Source: an uncultured Acidimicrobiales bacterium
GTDB taxonomy: Bacteria; Actinomycetota; Acidimicrobiia; Acidimicrobiales; SZUA-35
Assembly (NCBI GenBank): GCA_937925335.1
Contig: CALEWY010000019.1
Span: forward strand, 15,708-79,707
Length of the DNA: 64,000 nt
Direction: 5' to 3'
Of the stretch, positions 24,685 to 34,452 are shown piece after piece. The position numbers and the translations under genes are program-made. Each line of letters starts with the position of its first letter. Within the stretch, counting starts at the first letter, position 1. The notes below the pieces were generated by a model. That model was not told the origin of the DNA. It worked only from the letters and a program-made list of their open reading frames with translations, and ran no database searches.

Positions 24685-25713
24685 TTATCCGGCCGCAGCG
24701 AGGGGGACCTGTCCAGCGGCCTGGGCGACGAGCTCGTAGCTGCGAACTCGAGTTGCGTGATCCCACGTGATCGTCACCACGAAGATGTCGTCGGTGCCGT
24801 GTTCATCCCCGAGTTTTTCGAGATCGCTCATCACCTGGTCGCCGGTTCCGATCGCCATGGGTTTGCGACCGTTGCCGTTGGCCGACTGGACCGCGAGCGG
24901 GTTCGGCGCTGCGTTCTTCACGTCGTCGAGCGACGGGATCGGACCTGCGAGACCGCGAGCACGCCAGAGCTGCACGCTCGACGCCGCCTCGGCCGCAGCC
25001 TCCTCCGTGTCGCCACAGATCACTCCCGCCGCGATCGCAACGATCGGCTCGGGAAAACGTTCGCTCGGTCGATATTGCTGCTTGTATGCCTCGACGATCT
25101 CAGGTCCGTTCGCCGGGCTGAAGAAGTGAGCCCATGCCAGCGGAAGACCGAAGTGGGCGGCGAAACTCGCCGAATCAGGGCTCGATGAGAGCAGCCACAC
25201 CGGTGGGGGCTCACCGACCGACGTTGGCAGCGCACGGACACGACCGCGAAAGGGGCTATCTGCGGGCAGGTCACCGTCGAGGAATCCGAGAAGTTCCCGC
25301 ACCATCGATGGGTATTGCTCGACGGGTCGAAGCGTGTCGGAAGCGGCGAGCGCGTACATGGTGATCGGGTCTGAGCCGGGAGCTCGACCAACACCGAGCT
25401 CGATGCGGCCTGGGAACATGGCATTGAGCGTGAGGAACGACTCGGCAACTTTGTAGGGGGAGTAGTGGCTGAGCATCACCCCTCCGGATCCGACCTTGAT
25501 CGACTCGGTTGCGGCCGCGATGCGGCCGACGAGTAGCTCGGGAGCAGCGCCGGCCAGGCCATCGGAATTGTGATGCTCCGAGACCCAATAGCGGTGGTAG
25601 CCAAGCCGCTCGCAGTTCTGCGCGAGATCGACCGTGTTGGCGAACGCATCGGTTGCCGTTGATCCAGCGGGGACCGGCGATTGGTCGAGAACTCCGAGAC
25701 GAAGGTTGCTCAT
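24685..25713 (-). CDS. Luciferase-like (LLM class) flavin-dependent oxidoreductase
   Basis: MSNLRLGVLDQSPV...LGYHRYWVSEHHNS...GSGGVMLSHYSPYKVAE...GRIELGVGRAPGSD. Start ATG 25713. Confidence 0.85.
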   Translation of the reverse strand: MSNLRLGVLDQSPVPAGSTATDAFANTVDLAQNCERLGYHRYWVSEHHNSDGLAGAAPELLVGRIAAATESIKVGSGGVMLSHYSPYKVAESFLTLNAMFPGRIELGVGRAPGSDPITMYALAASDTLRPVEQYPSMVRELLGFLDGDLPADSPFRGRVRALPTSVGEPPPVWLLSSSPDSASFAAHFGLPLAWAHFFSPANGPEIVEAYKQQYRPSERFPEPIVAIAAGVICGDTEEAAAEAASSVQLWRARGLAGPIPSLDDVKNAAPNPLAVQSANGNGRKPMAIGTGDQVMSDLEKLGDEHGTDDIFVVTITWDHATRVRSYELVAQAAGQVPLAAAG

Positions 25714-25717
25714 CTGG

Positions 25718-26509
25718 TCAGTCTCGCCGATCTTCGGGCACCCACGGCGCCGGCTCTTTCGCAACGAAGGCGGCGATGCCGGCCTTCGCCTCGTCTGACT
25801 CGAAGAGCGCCTTCGAGAATGTGGCCGTCCACTCGAACGCTTCCTTGGTGTTCATGTTCGGCACTCGGTTGATGAGCTGTTTGCCAGCGGCGAGGGCCAT
25901 GGGGCCGCCACGGACGACCATGTCGACGTAGTGCTCGACTCGAGCATCGAGTTCATCGGCTGGTGCCGCGGCGTTGATCAGGCCGATGTCAGCCGCTCGT
26001 GTTGGGGTGAAGCGTTCGCCGGTGAGGAACAGCTCACTGGCATCAGCTCGGCGCATCTTCGGCAGGCACACGACCGAGATCACCGCAGGGGCGACACCGA
26101 GACGCGCTTCGGTGAAGCCGATCTTGGCGTCGTCACGCATCACCGAGATGTCGCACGCGGCGGCGAGACCAACGCCGCCACCCGTGGCGTGGCCGTCGAT
26201 CTTTCCGATCACGGGCTTTGGATCGTTCATGATTTGTTGAAAGACATCGACGAAGGTTCGGCCTGCGGTGTTGCCAGCGACGCCGGGTTTGGTCGCCTTT
26301 AGGTCTGCGCCCGCACAGAAGGTGTTGCCATTGTTGGTGAGCACGATCACGCGAACGTCGTCGTCTTCGTTGGCGTCGTCGAGCCGTTCGCTCAGCGTGT
26401 TGACCAATTCGGCCGACAGCGAGTTCTTCCGCTCGGGGAGGTTGAGCGTGATCGTGGCCACGCCTCCAGCGGTGGCGTAGAGAACGGGTTCCTCAGGTGC
26501 GTCTGACAT
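25718..26509 (-). CDS. Enoyl-CoA hydratase/isomerase (crotonase) family protein
   Basis: VATITLNLPERKNSL...VIVLTNNGNTFCAGADL...GHATGGGVGLAAACD. Ends 4 nt before the LLM gene start. Confidence 0.9.
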   Translation of the reverse strand: MSDAPEEPVLYATAGGVATITLNLPERKNSLSAELVNTLSERLDDANEDDDVRVIVLTNNGNTFCAGADLKATKPGVAGNTAGRTFVDVFQQIMNDPKPVIGKIDGHATGGGVGLAAACDISVMRDDAKIGFTEARLGVAPAVISVVCLPKMRRADASELFLTGERFTPTRAADIGLINAAAPADELDARVEHYVDMVVRGGPMALAAGKQLINRVPNMNTKEAFEWTATFSKALFESDEAKAGIAAFVAKEPAPWVPEDRRD

Positions 26510-26535
26510 CTCACCATCATCTACGGTCTGACCCC

Positions 26536-26961
26536 ATGGCGTCGATTTTCACCCGCATCATCAATGGAGAAATCCCCGGACGGTTCGTGTGGAGCGACGA
26601 TGTTTGCATCGCCATGATCGACATCCGGCCCCTCCACCGTGGCCACGTGCTTGTGATCCCGAGGGCCGAGGTCGACCACTGGGTTGACCTCGACGACGCG
26701 GTCGCCACGCACCTCATGGCGACGGCAAAGATCATCGGCGAGGCACAGCGCAGCGTGATCGAGTGCGAACGAATCGGGCTCATGATCGCCGGCTTCGAAG
26801 TGCCGCACACCCACGTTCACGTGGTGCCGATGTCGACGATGCGCGATCTCGATTTCGCCAATGCTGAGACATCACCCCGGGCCGATGATCTCGACGCGGT
26901 CGCAAACGAACTTCGAGGCGCACTTCGCAGCGCCGGTCACAGCGACCATGTCCCTGAATGA
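26536..26961 (+). CDS. HIT (histidine triad) family protein
   Basis: MASIFTRIINGEIPGRFVW...HVLVIP...VPHTHVHVVP (HxHxHxx motif). Confidence 0.9.
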   Translation: MASIFTRIINGEIPGRFVWSDDVCIAMIDIRPLHRGHVLVIPRAEVDHWVDLDDAVATHLMATAKIIGEAQRSVIECERIGLMIAGFEVPHTHVHVVPMSTMRDLDFANAETSPRADDLDAVANELRGALRSAGHSDHVPE

Positions 26962-27061
26962 CGATGTCCGTGAATGACCATGTCCCTGAATGAATGTGCC
27001 GAGTGGATGTCCTCGAATGAGCGTCCCGAGCGAGTGATGTGAGCAGGCGGCCCGAGTGAGT
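26947..27061. repeat. Degenerate 15-16-nt tandem repeats starting with the last 5 codons of the HIT gene (CATGTCCCTGAATGA / CGATGTCCGTGAATGA / CCATGTCCCTGAATGA, then decaying copies)
   Basis: Read directly. The first unit contains the HIT stop codon (26959-26961). Confidence 0.7.
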
Positions 27062-27099
27062 ATCCGGAACCAGCTCGGCTTGTTGATCACCGTCGCCGC

Positions 27100-27603
27100 A
27101 TGAAAGCTCGACACCTCGGCGAGCGCGACGGCTGGTCGTGCTGGTTATGTGATGGCGAGATCGACCCAGATCTGCCGTCGACCTCTCGATACGCCGGGTC
27201 GGTCGACCATGTCGTGCCTCGAAGCCGGGGCGGCCGTAACGACGGCACGAACATGCGCCTGGCGCATCGGATTTGTAACGCCCAGCGAGCGAACACGTTG
27301 CCCGAGCTGTGGTGGCCGGACGACTTTGCGGCGCTCGATGCTGGCAGTCTCTGGACCACGATCTCCCGCCTGGTCAAACGCCCCGGTTCTCGCGAGCTCG
27401 CAGCGGTTTTCCCGACCGAGGAGCTTGCTCGCCAAGCATCGACTTGGGCCGTCGAACAAGCCTGCTCATTCGTCGGCGGCGAGTGGACCGGCTGGGTTGA
27501 GCCCGTCAACGTTGGTCATGCGTGCGCGGTCTACCTCTCTGCCGAGGGGGCGGGAGATCCTGGCCGTCCGCTCGTGGCAGATCAGCGTCGTCGCCGCCGT
27601 TAG
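27100..27603 (+). CDS. HNH endonuclease domain protein
   Basis: GWSCWLCDGEIDPDL...VDHVVPRSRGGRNDGTNMRLAHRICNAQR (CxxC...DH...N...H..CN pattern). Confidence 0.8.
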   Translation: MKARHLGERDGWSCWLCDGEIDPDLPSTSRYAGSVDHVVPRSRGGRNDGTNMRLAHRICNAQRANTLPELWWPDDFAALDAGSLWTTISRLVKRPGSRELAAVFPTEELARQASTWAVEQACSFVGGEWTGWVEPVNVGHACAVYLSAEGAGDPGRPLVADQRRRRR

Positions 27604-27627
27604 CGCCGAGCGCTACGGTCTCGGCCG

Positions 27628-29688
27628 ATGACAAGGCTCTTGCTCGGCATCGATACCGGCGGCACGTACACCGACGCGGTCATCATCGACCAGTCGCTCG
27701 GCGGTGTTGACGGTGGCTCTGGTGACGGCCTTGATGCACTGGTCGCCGCCGCCAAGTCGGAAACGACACGGCACGATCTGAGCATCGGAATCAGTGGAGC
27801 CCTCGACGCAGTTCTCGAACAGGCGGGCAACCCGGATCCTGCATCGATCGGACTGTGCGCACTCTCGACGACGCTCGCCACCAACGCCATCGTCGAAGGC
27901 CTCGGTGGCCGCGTCGGATTGATCGCTGTCGGCTTCGAGCCTGCTGATTTGGAACGCGGTGGCCTTGGCGATGCGATCGAGGGCGATCACGTGATCTCGA
28001 TCGGCGGCGGTCACACCGCAGCGGGTGTTGAACGCCAACCGCTCGACATCGATTCGCTCACCGACGCGCTCAGTGCGCTTCCAGCCGACCTTGTTGGCTT
28101 CGCCGTCGTCAGCCAGTTCGCCGTTCGGAACGCAGCACATGAACTGGCCGTCCGAGAGGCGCTCGCTGCAACCGGCCTCGCCGTCACCTGCTCGCACGAA
28201 CTGACGGCAAAACTCAACGGCCCGAAACGAGCGCTGACGTGCGTGCTCAACGCTCGACTCGTCGGGTTGATCGACGATCTGCTCAACGCGACCGACACGT
28301 TGTTGACCGAGCGCTCGATCGACGCACCCCGCATGGTCGTCCGTGGCGATGGCTCGCTCGTCTCGTTGGACTTCGCTCGCTCCCGTCCGATCGAGACCAT
28401 TTTGTCCGGCCCAGCGGCCAGCCTGGTCGGCGCCACCTATCTCGCCGGTGCGGGCTCAACCCCCGTCACGAATGCGATCGTCTCCGACATCGGCGGCACC
28501 ACGACCGATGTTGCCGTCATCCTCGACGGTCGTCCGGCGATCGATCGAAACGGAGCGATGGTCGGAGGCCACCAAACCATGGTCGAGGCCGTTGCGATGC
28601 GGACGACAGGTCTCGGGGGCGACAGTGAAGTGTCGATCGATGACAGCGGTCGACACTCGCGCCTTCGACTTGGTCCTCGACGCGTCGTACCGATCTCGAT
28701 GCTGGCCGACGAACATCCCGAGATCGTGTTGGCGGCGTTCGATCGCCAGCTCTCTCGGTTCGCTTCGCGTGAACTCGATGGCACGTTCGGTCGACTGCGC
28801 AACATCGTCCCGACCGGAGTGGCCGACGAGCTCGGTCCGATTGCGAATGAGGTGATCGCCGGACTCGTTGACGGTCCCGTTGCGTTGGTCGAGCTGTTGC
28901 CGACTCGGCGACATGAGATGGCCCTCGATGAGTTGATCGCTCGTGGCCTGGTGCAGAAGTGTGCGGTCACGCCAACCGACGCAGCCGTTGCGCTCGGTAT
29001 GCATCGTGGTGTCACGGGCAACTCGATGTTCGATCCCGAGGCCGCAGCGCGTGCGCTCACACTCGTCGCTCGCCGAAAGGACCGCCACGGTGCCGAGCTG
29101 GCTGCCGGGCCGATCGAACTGGCGCAAGACATCGTCGATGCGCTGGTCGAATCGAGTGCGATGGCGGTCCTCGCATCGGTCTTGCCTGATGACGGTTTCG
29201 CTGCTGAAACGGCTCATCATCCGATCACCCAAGCCGGCCTTGCCCGCCATCGAGGTTTGGTCAACGTCGACGTGGCGCTCGGCGTTCCGCTCGTGGCCGT
29301 CGGTGCGTCGGCCAGCGTTTACTACCCGCCGGTCGCCGCCCGACTGAACACCGAAGCGCTCGTGCCGCGCTGGTCCGACGTGGCAAACGCCGTCGGAGCA
29401 GTCGTCGGCAACATCCGTATGAGCGAGCAGGCGCAGGTCACGCCGCTCAAGAAGGGCCTTTTCCGAGCCCACCTCGACATGACCGACCACGACAGCGCCG
29501 AGGCTGCCATCGCACACACCGAACGCCACCTGTCGGCGCTCGTCGAAGAGCGGGCAAAGGGCCAAGGAGCAGCGACGGTTGTGGTCGTCACCGAAAGCGA
29601 CGACGTCTGGGCGACGGTCGATGGGCTCGAACTGTTCGTCGAGTCAACTGTGACGGCCGTCGCTTCAGCTCGCCCCGAGTTTGTCTGA
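27628..29688 (+). CDS. Hydantoinase/oxoprolinase (HyuA-like, ASKHA ATPase) family protein
   Basis: LLGIDTGGTYTDAVI at the N-terminus and a second ...SDIGGTTTDVAV phosphate-binding motif. No HyuB partner is nearby. Confidence 0.8.
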   Translation: MTRLLLGIDTGGTYTDAVIIDQSLGGVDGGSGDGLDALVAAAKSETTRHDLSIGISGALDAVLEQAGNPDPASIGLCALSTTLATNAIVEGLGGRVGLIAVGFEPADLERGGLGDAIEGDHVISIGGGHTAAGVERQPLDIDSLTDALSALPADLVGFAVVSQFAVRNAAHELAVREALAATGLAVTCSHELTAKLNGPKRALTCVLNARLVGLIDDLLNATDTLLTERSIDAPRMVVRGDGSLVSLDFARSRPIETILSGPAASLVGATYLAGAGSTPVTNAIVSDIGGTTTDVAVILDGRPAIDRNGAMVGGHQTMVEAVAMRTTGLGGDSEVSIDDSGRHSRLRLGPRRVVPISMLADEHPEIVLAAFDRQLSRFASRELDGTFGRLRNIVPTGVADELGPIANEVIAGLVDGPVALVELLPTRRHEMALDELIARGLVQKCAVTPTDAAVALGMHRGVTGNSMFDPEAAARALTLVARRKDRHGAELAAGPIELAQDIVDALVESSAMAVLASVLPDDGFAAETAHHPITQAGLARHRGLVNVDVALGVPLVAVGASASVYYPPVAARLNTEALVPRWSDVANAVGAVVGNIRMSEQAQVTPLKKGLFRAHLDMTDHDSAEAAIAHTERHLSALVEERAKGQGAATVVVVTESDDVWATVDGLELFVESTVTAVASARPEFV

Positions 29689-29707
29689 GGATCTAACGTG
29701 ACCCGCC

Positions 29708-30898
29708 ATGGCAACCCCTCTTGGACCCAAGGCTGAAGACGCACTCGATTTCCTGGCAACCGACACGCTGTTGGCTGACGACGAAATCATGATGCGCGAC
29801 ACGATCCGTCGCTACGTCGAGGACAAGATCAATCCGTACGTTGGCGAGTGGTTCGACGACGGGACCTTCCCCCACGAAGAGGTCGCCAAGGCGTGCGGCG
29901 ACATGGGTCTGCTCGGTATGCACCTCGAGGGATACGGCTGCTCTGGCTCGTCGGCCATGATGTATGGCCTTGCCTGCATGGAGCTCGAAGCCGGCGACTC
30001 CGGCCTTCGCAGCTTCGTCAGCGTGCAGGGATCACTCGCCATGTTCCCGATCTGGGCCTACGGCTCTGAGGAACAGAAGCAGGAGTGGCTGCCTCGTATG
30101 GCCGCCGGAACGGCGATTGGCTGCTTCGGCCTGACCGAGCCTGATTCCGGCTCCGATCCGTCGTCGATGCGCACCAACGCCAAGGCGGATGCGAACGGTG
30201 ACTGGATCCTCAACGGCGCCAAGATGTGGATCACCAACGGCTCGATCGCCGACGTTGCTGTCGTGTGGGCGATGACCGACGAAGGCGTCCGCGGTTTCGT
30301 CGTCCCGACCGACACGCCGGGATTCTCCGCACCCAAGATCGAACGCAAAGTGTCGCTTCGAGCGTCGGTCACCTCCGAGCTGATCTTCGAAGACGTTCGT
30401 CTTCCGAAGGATGCGGTTCTGCCCGGTGTGTCCTCGATGCGTGGGCCGCTCAGCTGCCTGAACGAGGCCCGCTTTGGCATCGCCTTTGGCGCCGTCGGTG
30501 CAGGCCGAGCCTGCTATGAATCAGCCCTCGCCTACGCCGGTGAGCGTGAGCAGTTCGGTGTTCCGATCAGCAGCTTCCAGCTGACCCAACAACGCCTCGT
30601 CGATTTCATGACCAAGGTGCAGCAGGGCACGCTCGTCGCCTATCACCTCGGCCGGTTGAAGGATCAAGGCACGCTCGGGCCGGCGCAGGTCAGCTTCGGA
30701 AAGCGACAAAACGTGCGCATGGCTCTCGAGGTTGCTCGTGAAGCTCGTTCGGTGCTCGGCGCCAACGGCATCACGACCGAATATCCAGTCGTTCGCCACA
30801 TGAACAACCTCGAGTCGGTCTACACCTACGAAGGCACCAACGAGATCCACACGCTGATGATGGGCCAAGCCATCACCGGCCAAAACGCCTTCACCTAA
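29708..30898 (+). CDS. gcdH: Glutaryl-CoA dehydrogenase-like acyl-CoA dehydrogenase
   Basis: GYGCSGSSAMMYGL...LEAGDSGLRSFVSVQGSLAMFPI...IGCFGLTEPDSGSDPSSMRT...KMWITNG...YEGTNEIHTLMMGQAITG closely follows the GCDH pattern as I recall it. Confidence 0.85.
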   Translation: MATPLGPKAEDALDFLATDTLLADDEIMMRDTIRRYVEDKINPYVGEWFDDGTFPHEEVAKACGDMGLLGMHLEGYGCSGSSAMMYGLACMELEAGDSGLRSFVSVQGSLAMFPIWAYGSEEQKQEWLPRMAAGTAIGCFGLTEPDSGSDPSSMRTNAKADANGDWILNGAKMWITNGSIADVAVVWAMTDEGVRGFVVPTDTPGFSAPKIERKVSLRASVTSELIFEDVRLPKDAVLPGVSSMRGPLSCLNEARFGIAFGAVGAGRACYESALAYAGEREQFGVPISSFQLTQQRLVDFMTKVQQGTLVAYHLGRLKDQGTLGPAQVSFGKRQNVRMALEVAREARSVLGANGITTEYPVVRHMNNLESVYTYEGTNEIHTLMMGQAITGQNAFT

Positions 30899-31149
30899 GA
30901 CCCGGCCCGCCCAGCGCGCCCGCCGAAGCGGAGCTGTTTCCCGCAAGTTGTTGCGGCGTATCCCTCCTCTTCGGGCGCGTTCTTGGACTGCTAGCCAGGT
31001 AAGTGCAGGGTCGGAAGATGCGGCGATTCGAAGGGAGTCGACGACCTCCGCTGGCGGAATGGGCGGCGGCCACGGCGGCGGTCTTTGGTAGTTCGCTGTC
31101 GCTGAGATTGCGGTTCTGGTTGCCGAACTACGTGAAGTAGCGTCGGCGG

Positions 31150-31767
31150 ATGTACACGCCTGGCTTCAATCAGATGGCAGCGGACGACGTCTTGCCGATG
31201 CTTCGCTCGGTTCGGTTCGGCCACTTGGTGACGAGCGTTGACGGGTTGGCTTCGACCCCGCTTCCGTTCCTCGTCGATGACGACGTTTCCATCGTGCGAG
31301 CCCACTTCGCACGAGCGAATGATCACTGGCGTTCGATCGATGGTGCCGACGCGCTACTGGTCGTCCCCGGTCACGATGGCTACATCTCGCCGCAGTGGTA
31401 TCCATCGAAGCTCGAGCACGCGAAGGTCGTGCCGACGTGGAACTACGGCGTGATCCACATCCACGGCAGGATCGAAGTTCGAGACGATGCGGAATGGAAG
31501 CTCAGTGTTGTGTCCGACCTGACTGACGAGAACGAACCGGACGTTTCCGGCGGCACGCCTTGGGAAGTCAACGACGCTCCTGACGACTTCATCTCGAAGC
31601 AGCTTCGGGCGATCGTCGGTGTGCAGCTCAACGTTGGGCGTGTCGAAGCGAAGCAAAAGTGGTCGCAGAACCGAAACGACGCCGACCGGATCGGCGCGGC
31701 GAACGGGTTGAGCGAAGTTGATCGTGTTGGGGCCGAAGAACTTGCTCACCAGATGCGCAACCAGTAG
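31150..31767 (+). CDS. paiB: FMN-binding negative transcriptional regulator, PaiB family
   Basis: MYTPGFNQM...FGHLVT... and ...YISPQWYPSK...VPTWNYGVIHIHG...RAIVGVQL. Family pattern recognised by eye. Confidence 0.75.
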   Translation: MYTPGFNQMAADDVLPMLRSVRFGHLVTSVDGLASTPLPFLVDDDVSIVRAHFARANDHWRSIDGADALLVVPGHDGYISPQWYPSKLEHAKVVPTWNYGVIHIHGRIEVRDDAEWKLSVVSDLTDENEPDVSGGTPWEVNDAPDDFISKQLRAIVGVQLNVGRVEAKQKWSQNRNDADRIGAANGLSEVDRVGAEELAHQMRNQ

Positions 31768-31827
31768 CGAATTTCCGCCGCCCCTGCGGGCTGAGAGCCG
31801 CAAGGCCATGTTCACGCAGCGGGTGGG

Positions 31828-32886
31828 TCAACCGAAGCGAGCCTCGTGGATCTCGTTCACCATCTCGGCGATTCCGAAGCGGGGTTGCCAGCTCGGATAG
31901 TCGTGGACGAACGCAGCGTTGCTCCCGATGTACCACCGGTGATCGCCCGTTCTCCCGCCCTCGCCAAACGAAAGATCCATCGTCTTGCCGACGATCTCCT
32001 CGGCCGTCCCGATCGCCTCGAGCAGCGAACAACTCGAAGCTCGTCCGCCACCCAAGTTGTAGACCGCGGCCGGAACGGGAGATTCGGCGATGAACTCGAT
32101 CGCTCGGGCCAGATCATCAACGTGCAGAACGTCTCGCACCTGCTTGCCGCCGTTGCCATACGCAACGTACGGAATCCCTTCGGCCACACACTTCGTGATG
32201 TAGCCCAGCATCCCGTGTGACTTGCTCGCCGCCTGCGCCGAGCCGGCGATGACGCAGTTGCGAACAACAACACAGTTCATCCGATGAGCGCGGGCGTATT
32301 CCTGCACCATCACGTCAGCAGAGACCTTCGACATTCCCATCGAGGTGTGCAAGCTCTGGTCGATCGACATCGACTCGGTGATTCCGTCGAAGTACTCATG
32401 CTCCGTGGGGAGTTCGAGACGAGTCTCGGTCTCGAACAAGGGGAGCTCGTTCGGCCGATCGCCGTAGACCTTCGACGTGCTGAGAAAGACGAACGCCGCA
32501 TCAGGGCAGAACCGCCGCGCTCGCTCGAGCAGCGTGAGCGTTGCCCGAGCATTGATGTCGAAGTCTTCGATCGGGTTCCGCATCGTCCACTTTGCGTGGC
32601 CCGGCTGAGCGGCGGCGTGAACGATGACGTCGATCTCAGAGCCGTGCCGAGCAAAGATTGCGTCCATTTCGTCGTCATCACGAATGTCGACGTCGTGGTG
32701 TTCATAGCGATCTACGAGGTCGGATTCGAGTCGAATTCGTTCGCCGGCTATCGATGATTCGCTGCCAAAGAACTCGCCCCGCATGTCATTGTCGATGCCA
32801 ACGACAAGCCGTCCGGATCGTGCGAATTGTCGTGAGCAGCGTGCGCCGATCAGCCCGGCCGACCCAGTCACGATTGCTACGGACAC
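31828..32886 (-). CDS. NAD-dependent epimerase/dehydratase (extended SDR; CDP-paratose-2-epimerase-like)
   Basis: VSVAIVTGSAGLIGARCSRQF (GxxGxxG), ...STSKVYG..., MGMSK (YxxxK-equivalent region). GTG start 32886. Confidence 0.85.
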   Translation of the reverse strand: MSVAIVTGSAGLIGARCSRQFARSGRLVVGIDNDMRGEFFGSESSIAGERIRLESDLVDRYEHHDVDIRDDDEMDAIFARHGSEIDVIVHAAAQPGHAKWTMRNPIEDFDINARATLTLLERARRFCPDAAFVFLSTSKVYGDRPNELPLFETETRLELPTEHEYFDGITESMSIDQSLHTSMGMSKVSADVMVQEYARAHRMNCVVVRNCVIAGSAQAASKSHGMLGYITKCVAEGIPYVAYGNGGKQVRDVLHVDDLARAIEFIAESPVPAAVYNLGGGRASSCSLLEAIGTAEEIVGKTMDLSFGEGGRTGDHRWYIGSNAAFVHDYPSWQPRFGIAEMVNEIHEARFG

Positions 32887-32939
32887 GGGATCGCTCCGCC
32901 TGGTGAGGTCATCTGACGAGCATGTCAGAGGTTCGGCCT

Positions 32940-33563
32940 TCAGCGCCGCCAGACGAGTTGAAGAGCGGGGCGCGGAGTATCCGATCGGTTTGTCGTTCCC
33001 GAGTGCAGAACATGGCCCGAGAAGACGAACGCGGTTCCAGCTACCCCAGTCAGCGAGATCTCGTCGTCGTGAGCATCGAGCGATCCGGCCAAGCGCTGAA
33101 GATCATGGCGCCGATGGCTTCCCGGGATGAGCCTCGTTGCGCCGTTCGTCGCGGTGAAGTCCGTGAGTGCGACGATCGCCGTCGCGACGGTTGCCGGTCC
33201 GTTGTCGAGCTTCGGTGGATCATCGGCGTGGAGCTTCTGGCCACCGAACGACGGTTGTGGGCTTCGGTACTCGACCTGATCTCGGCGAAAACCGGGACCG
33301 AGAATGTGTTCGATGATCCCCGAAAGGCTGCGCCGCCCCACGATCTCATCGATGACCTCGCTCCGGTCATCGAGTTCGCTGAGGCGCAAGGTCCCCGCTG
33401 CGACCTTGTCTCTGGCTCGTTGCTGGGACGCTGGCAGACGCAGAAGGCCATCGCATATCTCGCGAACACCCATGACTTCACGAGGGGAGAGCAGCTCAGG
33501 CAGCACACCCCAACCAGCCTCGTCGTCGTAGACACCATGGTGCTCAGCTGGTGGGTTCGGCAT
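32940..33563 (-). CDS. Phytanoyl-CoA dioxygenase (PhyH) family Fe(II)/2-oxoglutarate oxygenase
   Basis: QKLHADDP (HxD), NGATRLIPGSH, FVFSGHVLHSGTTNRSDTPR. The overlapping plus-strand ORF (32922-) shows no motif in this stretch. Confidence 0.75.
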   Translation of the reverse strand: MPNPPAEHHGVYDDEAGWGVLPELLSPREVMGVREICDGLLRLPASQQRARDKVAAGTLRLSELDDRSEVIDEIVGRRSLSGIIEHILGPGFRRDQVEYRSPQPSFGGQKLHADDPPKLDNGPATVATAIVALTDFTATNGATRLIPGSHRRHDLQRLAGSLDAHDDEISLTGVAGTAFVFSGHVLHSGTTNRSDTPRPALQLVWRR

Positions 33564-33629
33564 GGCAAGCGAGAGTACCGATCTCGAATCCGCCGGCGAA
33601 GCGATTTCCGCCTCAACTACGGTCGGCCA

Positions 33630-34097
33630 ATGGTGGACATCTCGATCGCGAACTCCGGCGACATCGGCGCCCTCGTCGAACTCGAATCACGGCTCTTCGC
33701 CGAGGACGCGGGCGTGCACGATCCCAACGCTGACGTGACCTGGCCGAGTCGGGAGGGAGTCGCAGACTTCGAGCAACTTCTCGGTGACGATGATTCGGTC
33801 GTGTTCATCGCTCGGGAGGACGGCAAGCCAGCTGGGTTCACCGCCGGCTACGCATCGAAGTCCGGGGCCACCCGTCAGCCACTGACGATGGGTGTGCTGC
33901 GAAGCATGTACGTCCACGACGACGCCAGAGGGGCCGGGACTGGGCAGCGCCTCACCGTTGCGTTCATCGACTGGGCGAGAGGCAAAGGTTGCGCCGAAGT
34001 TCACGTTGAGAGCTACTTCAACAACGGGCCTGCTCGGCGGCTCTACGAACGATCGGGCTTCTCCCCGCAGAGCGTTTCCCATGTGATGTATCTCTGA
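33630..34097 (+). CDS. GNAT family N-acetyltransferase
   Basis: MVDISIANSGD...MYVHDDARGAGTGQRLTVAFIDWARGKG...NNGPARRLYERSGF (Q/RxxGxG/A acetyl-CoA motif). Only the last 155 codons of track ORF 32922-34097 look coding. Confidence 0.8.
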   Translation: MVDISIANSGDIGALVELESRLFAEDAGVHDPNADVTWPSREGVADFEQLLGDDDSVVFIAREDGKPAGFTAGYASKSGATRQPLTMGVLRSMYVHDDARGAGTGQRLTVAFIDWARGKGCAEVHVESYFNNGPARRLYERSGFSPQSVSHVMYL

Positions 34098-34125
34098 TCA
34101 ACTCACCCGGCTGGCGAACGTCAGC

Positions 34126-34452
34126 TCAGGCTTTCTTGACGAACGCGGCTCGGATAAGGAGACCTCGACCGTTCACCTTCGCATCGATCTCGTGGTCGCC
34201 CTCGACGAGGCGGATCGATTTGATCTTCGTCCCGGCCTTGATGCCGCCGACCTTGCCGTCGGTCTTGAGATCTTTGATGACGGTCACCGAGTCGCCGTTG
34301 GCGAGCAGGTTGCCGTTGGCGTCGCGAATGTTGTCGAGCCCATCGCTGAGTTCGGCCATCCATTCGTGGCCGCACGTCGCACACTCATGGCCATCGACTG
34401 CATCGAGGATGTCGGTCATCGTGCAGATCGGGCAGGCGAGGTCGTCGGTCAT
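34126..34452 (-). CDS. yjdM: Zinc-ribbon protein YjdM (PhnA-like)
   Basis: MTDDLACPICT...HECATCGHEW...DANGNLLANGDSVTVIKDLK..G....IKAGTKIKSIRLVEGDHEIDAKV. Start ATG 34452. Confidence 0.85.
   Translation of the reverse strand: MTDDLACPICTMTDILDAVDGHECATCGHEWMAELSDGLDNIRDANGNLLANGDSVTVIKDLKTDGKVGGIKAGTKIKSIRLVEGDHEIDAKVNGRGLLIRAAFVKKA

Noticed and set aside
28456-29565. 369-aa minus-strand ORF (and 28437-29132) inside the hydantoinase-like gene
   Set aside because: Antisense shadow ORFs. The sense strand carries the ASKHA phosphate-binding motifs.
31018-31143. 41-codon ORF (MRRFEGSRRPPLAEWAAATAAVFGSSLSLRLRFWLPNYVK) ending 6 nt before paiB; possible leader peptide
   Set aside because: It is too short and unremarkable to support without conservation or ribosome profiling data. 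I mention it only because the 250-nt spacer 30899-31149 is otherwise unexplained.
32922-33629. N-terminal 236 codons of track ORF 32922-34097
   Set aside because: This part overlaps, in antisense, a PhyH-family gene with HxD...H motifs and has no motif itself. Only the GNAT domain from ATG 33630 looks real.
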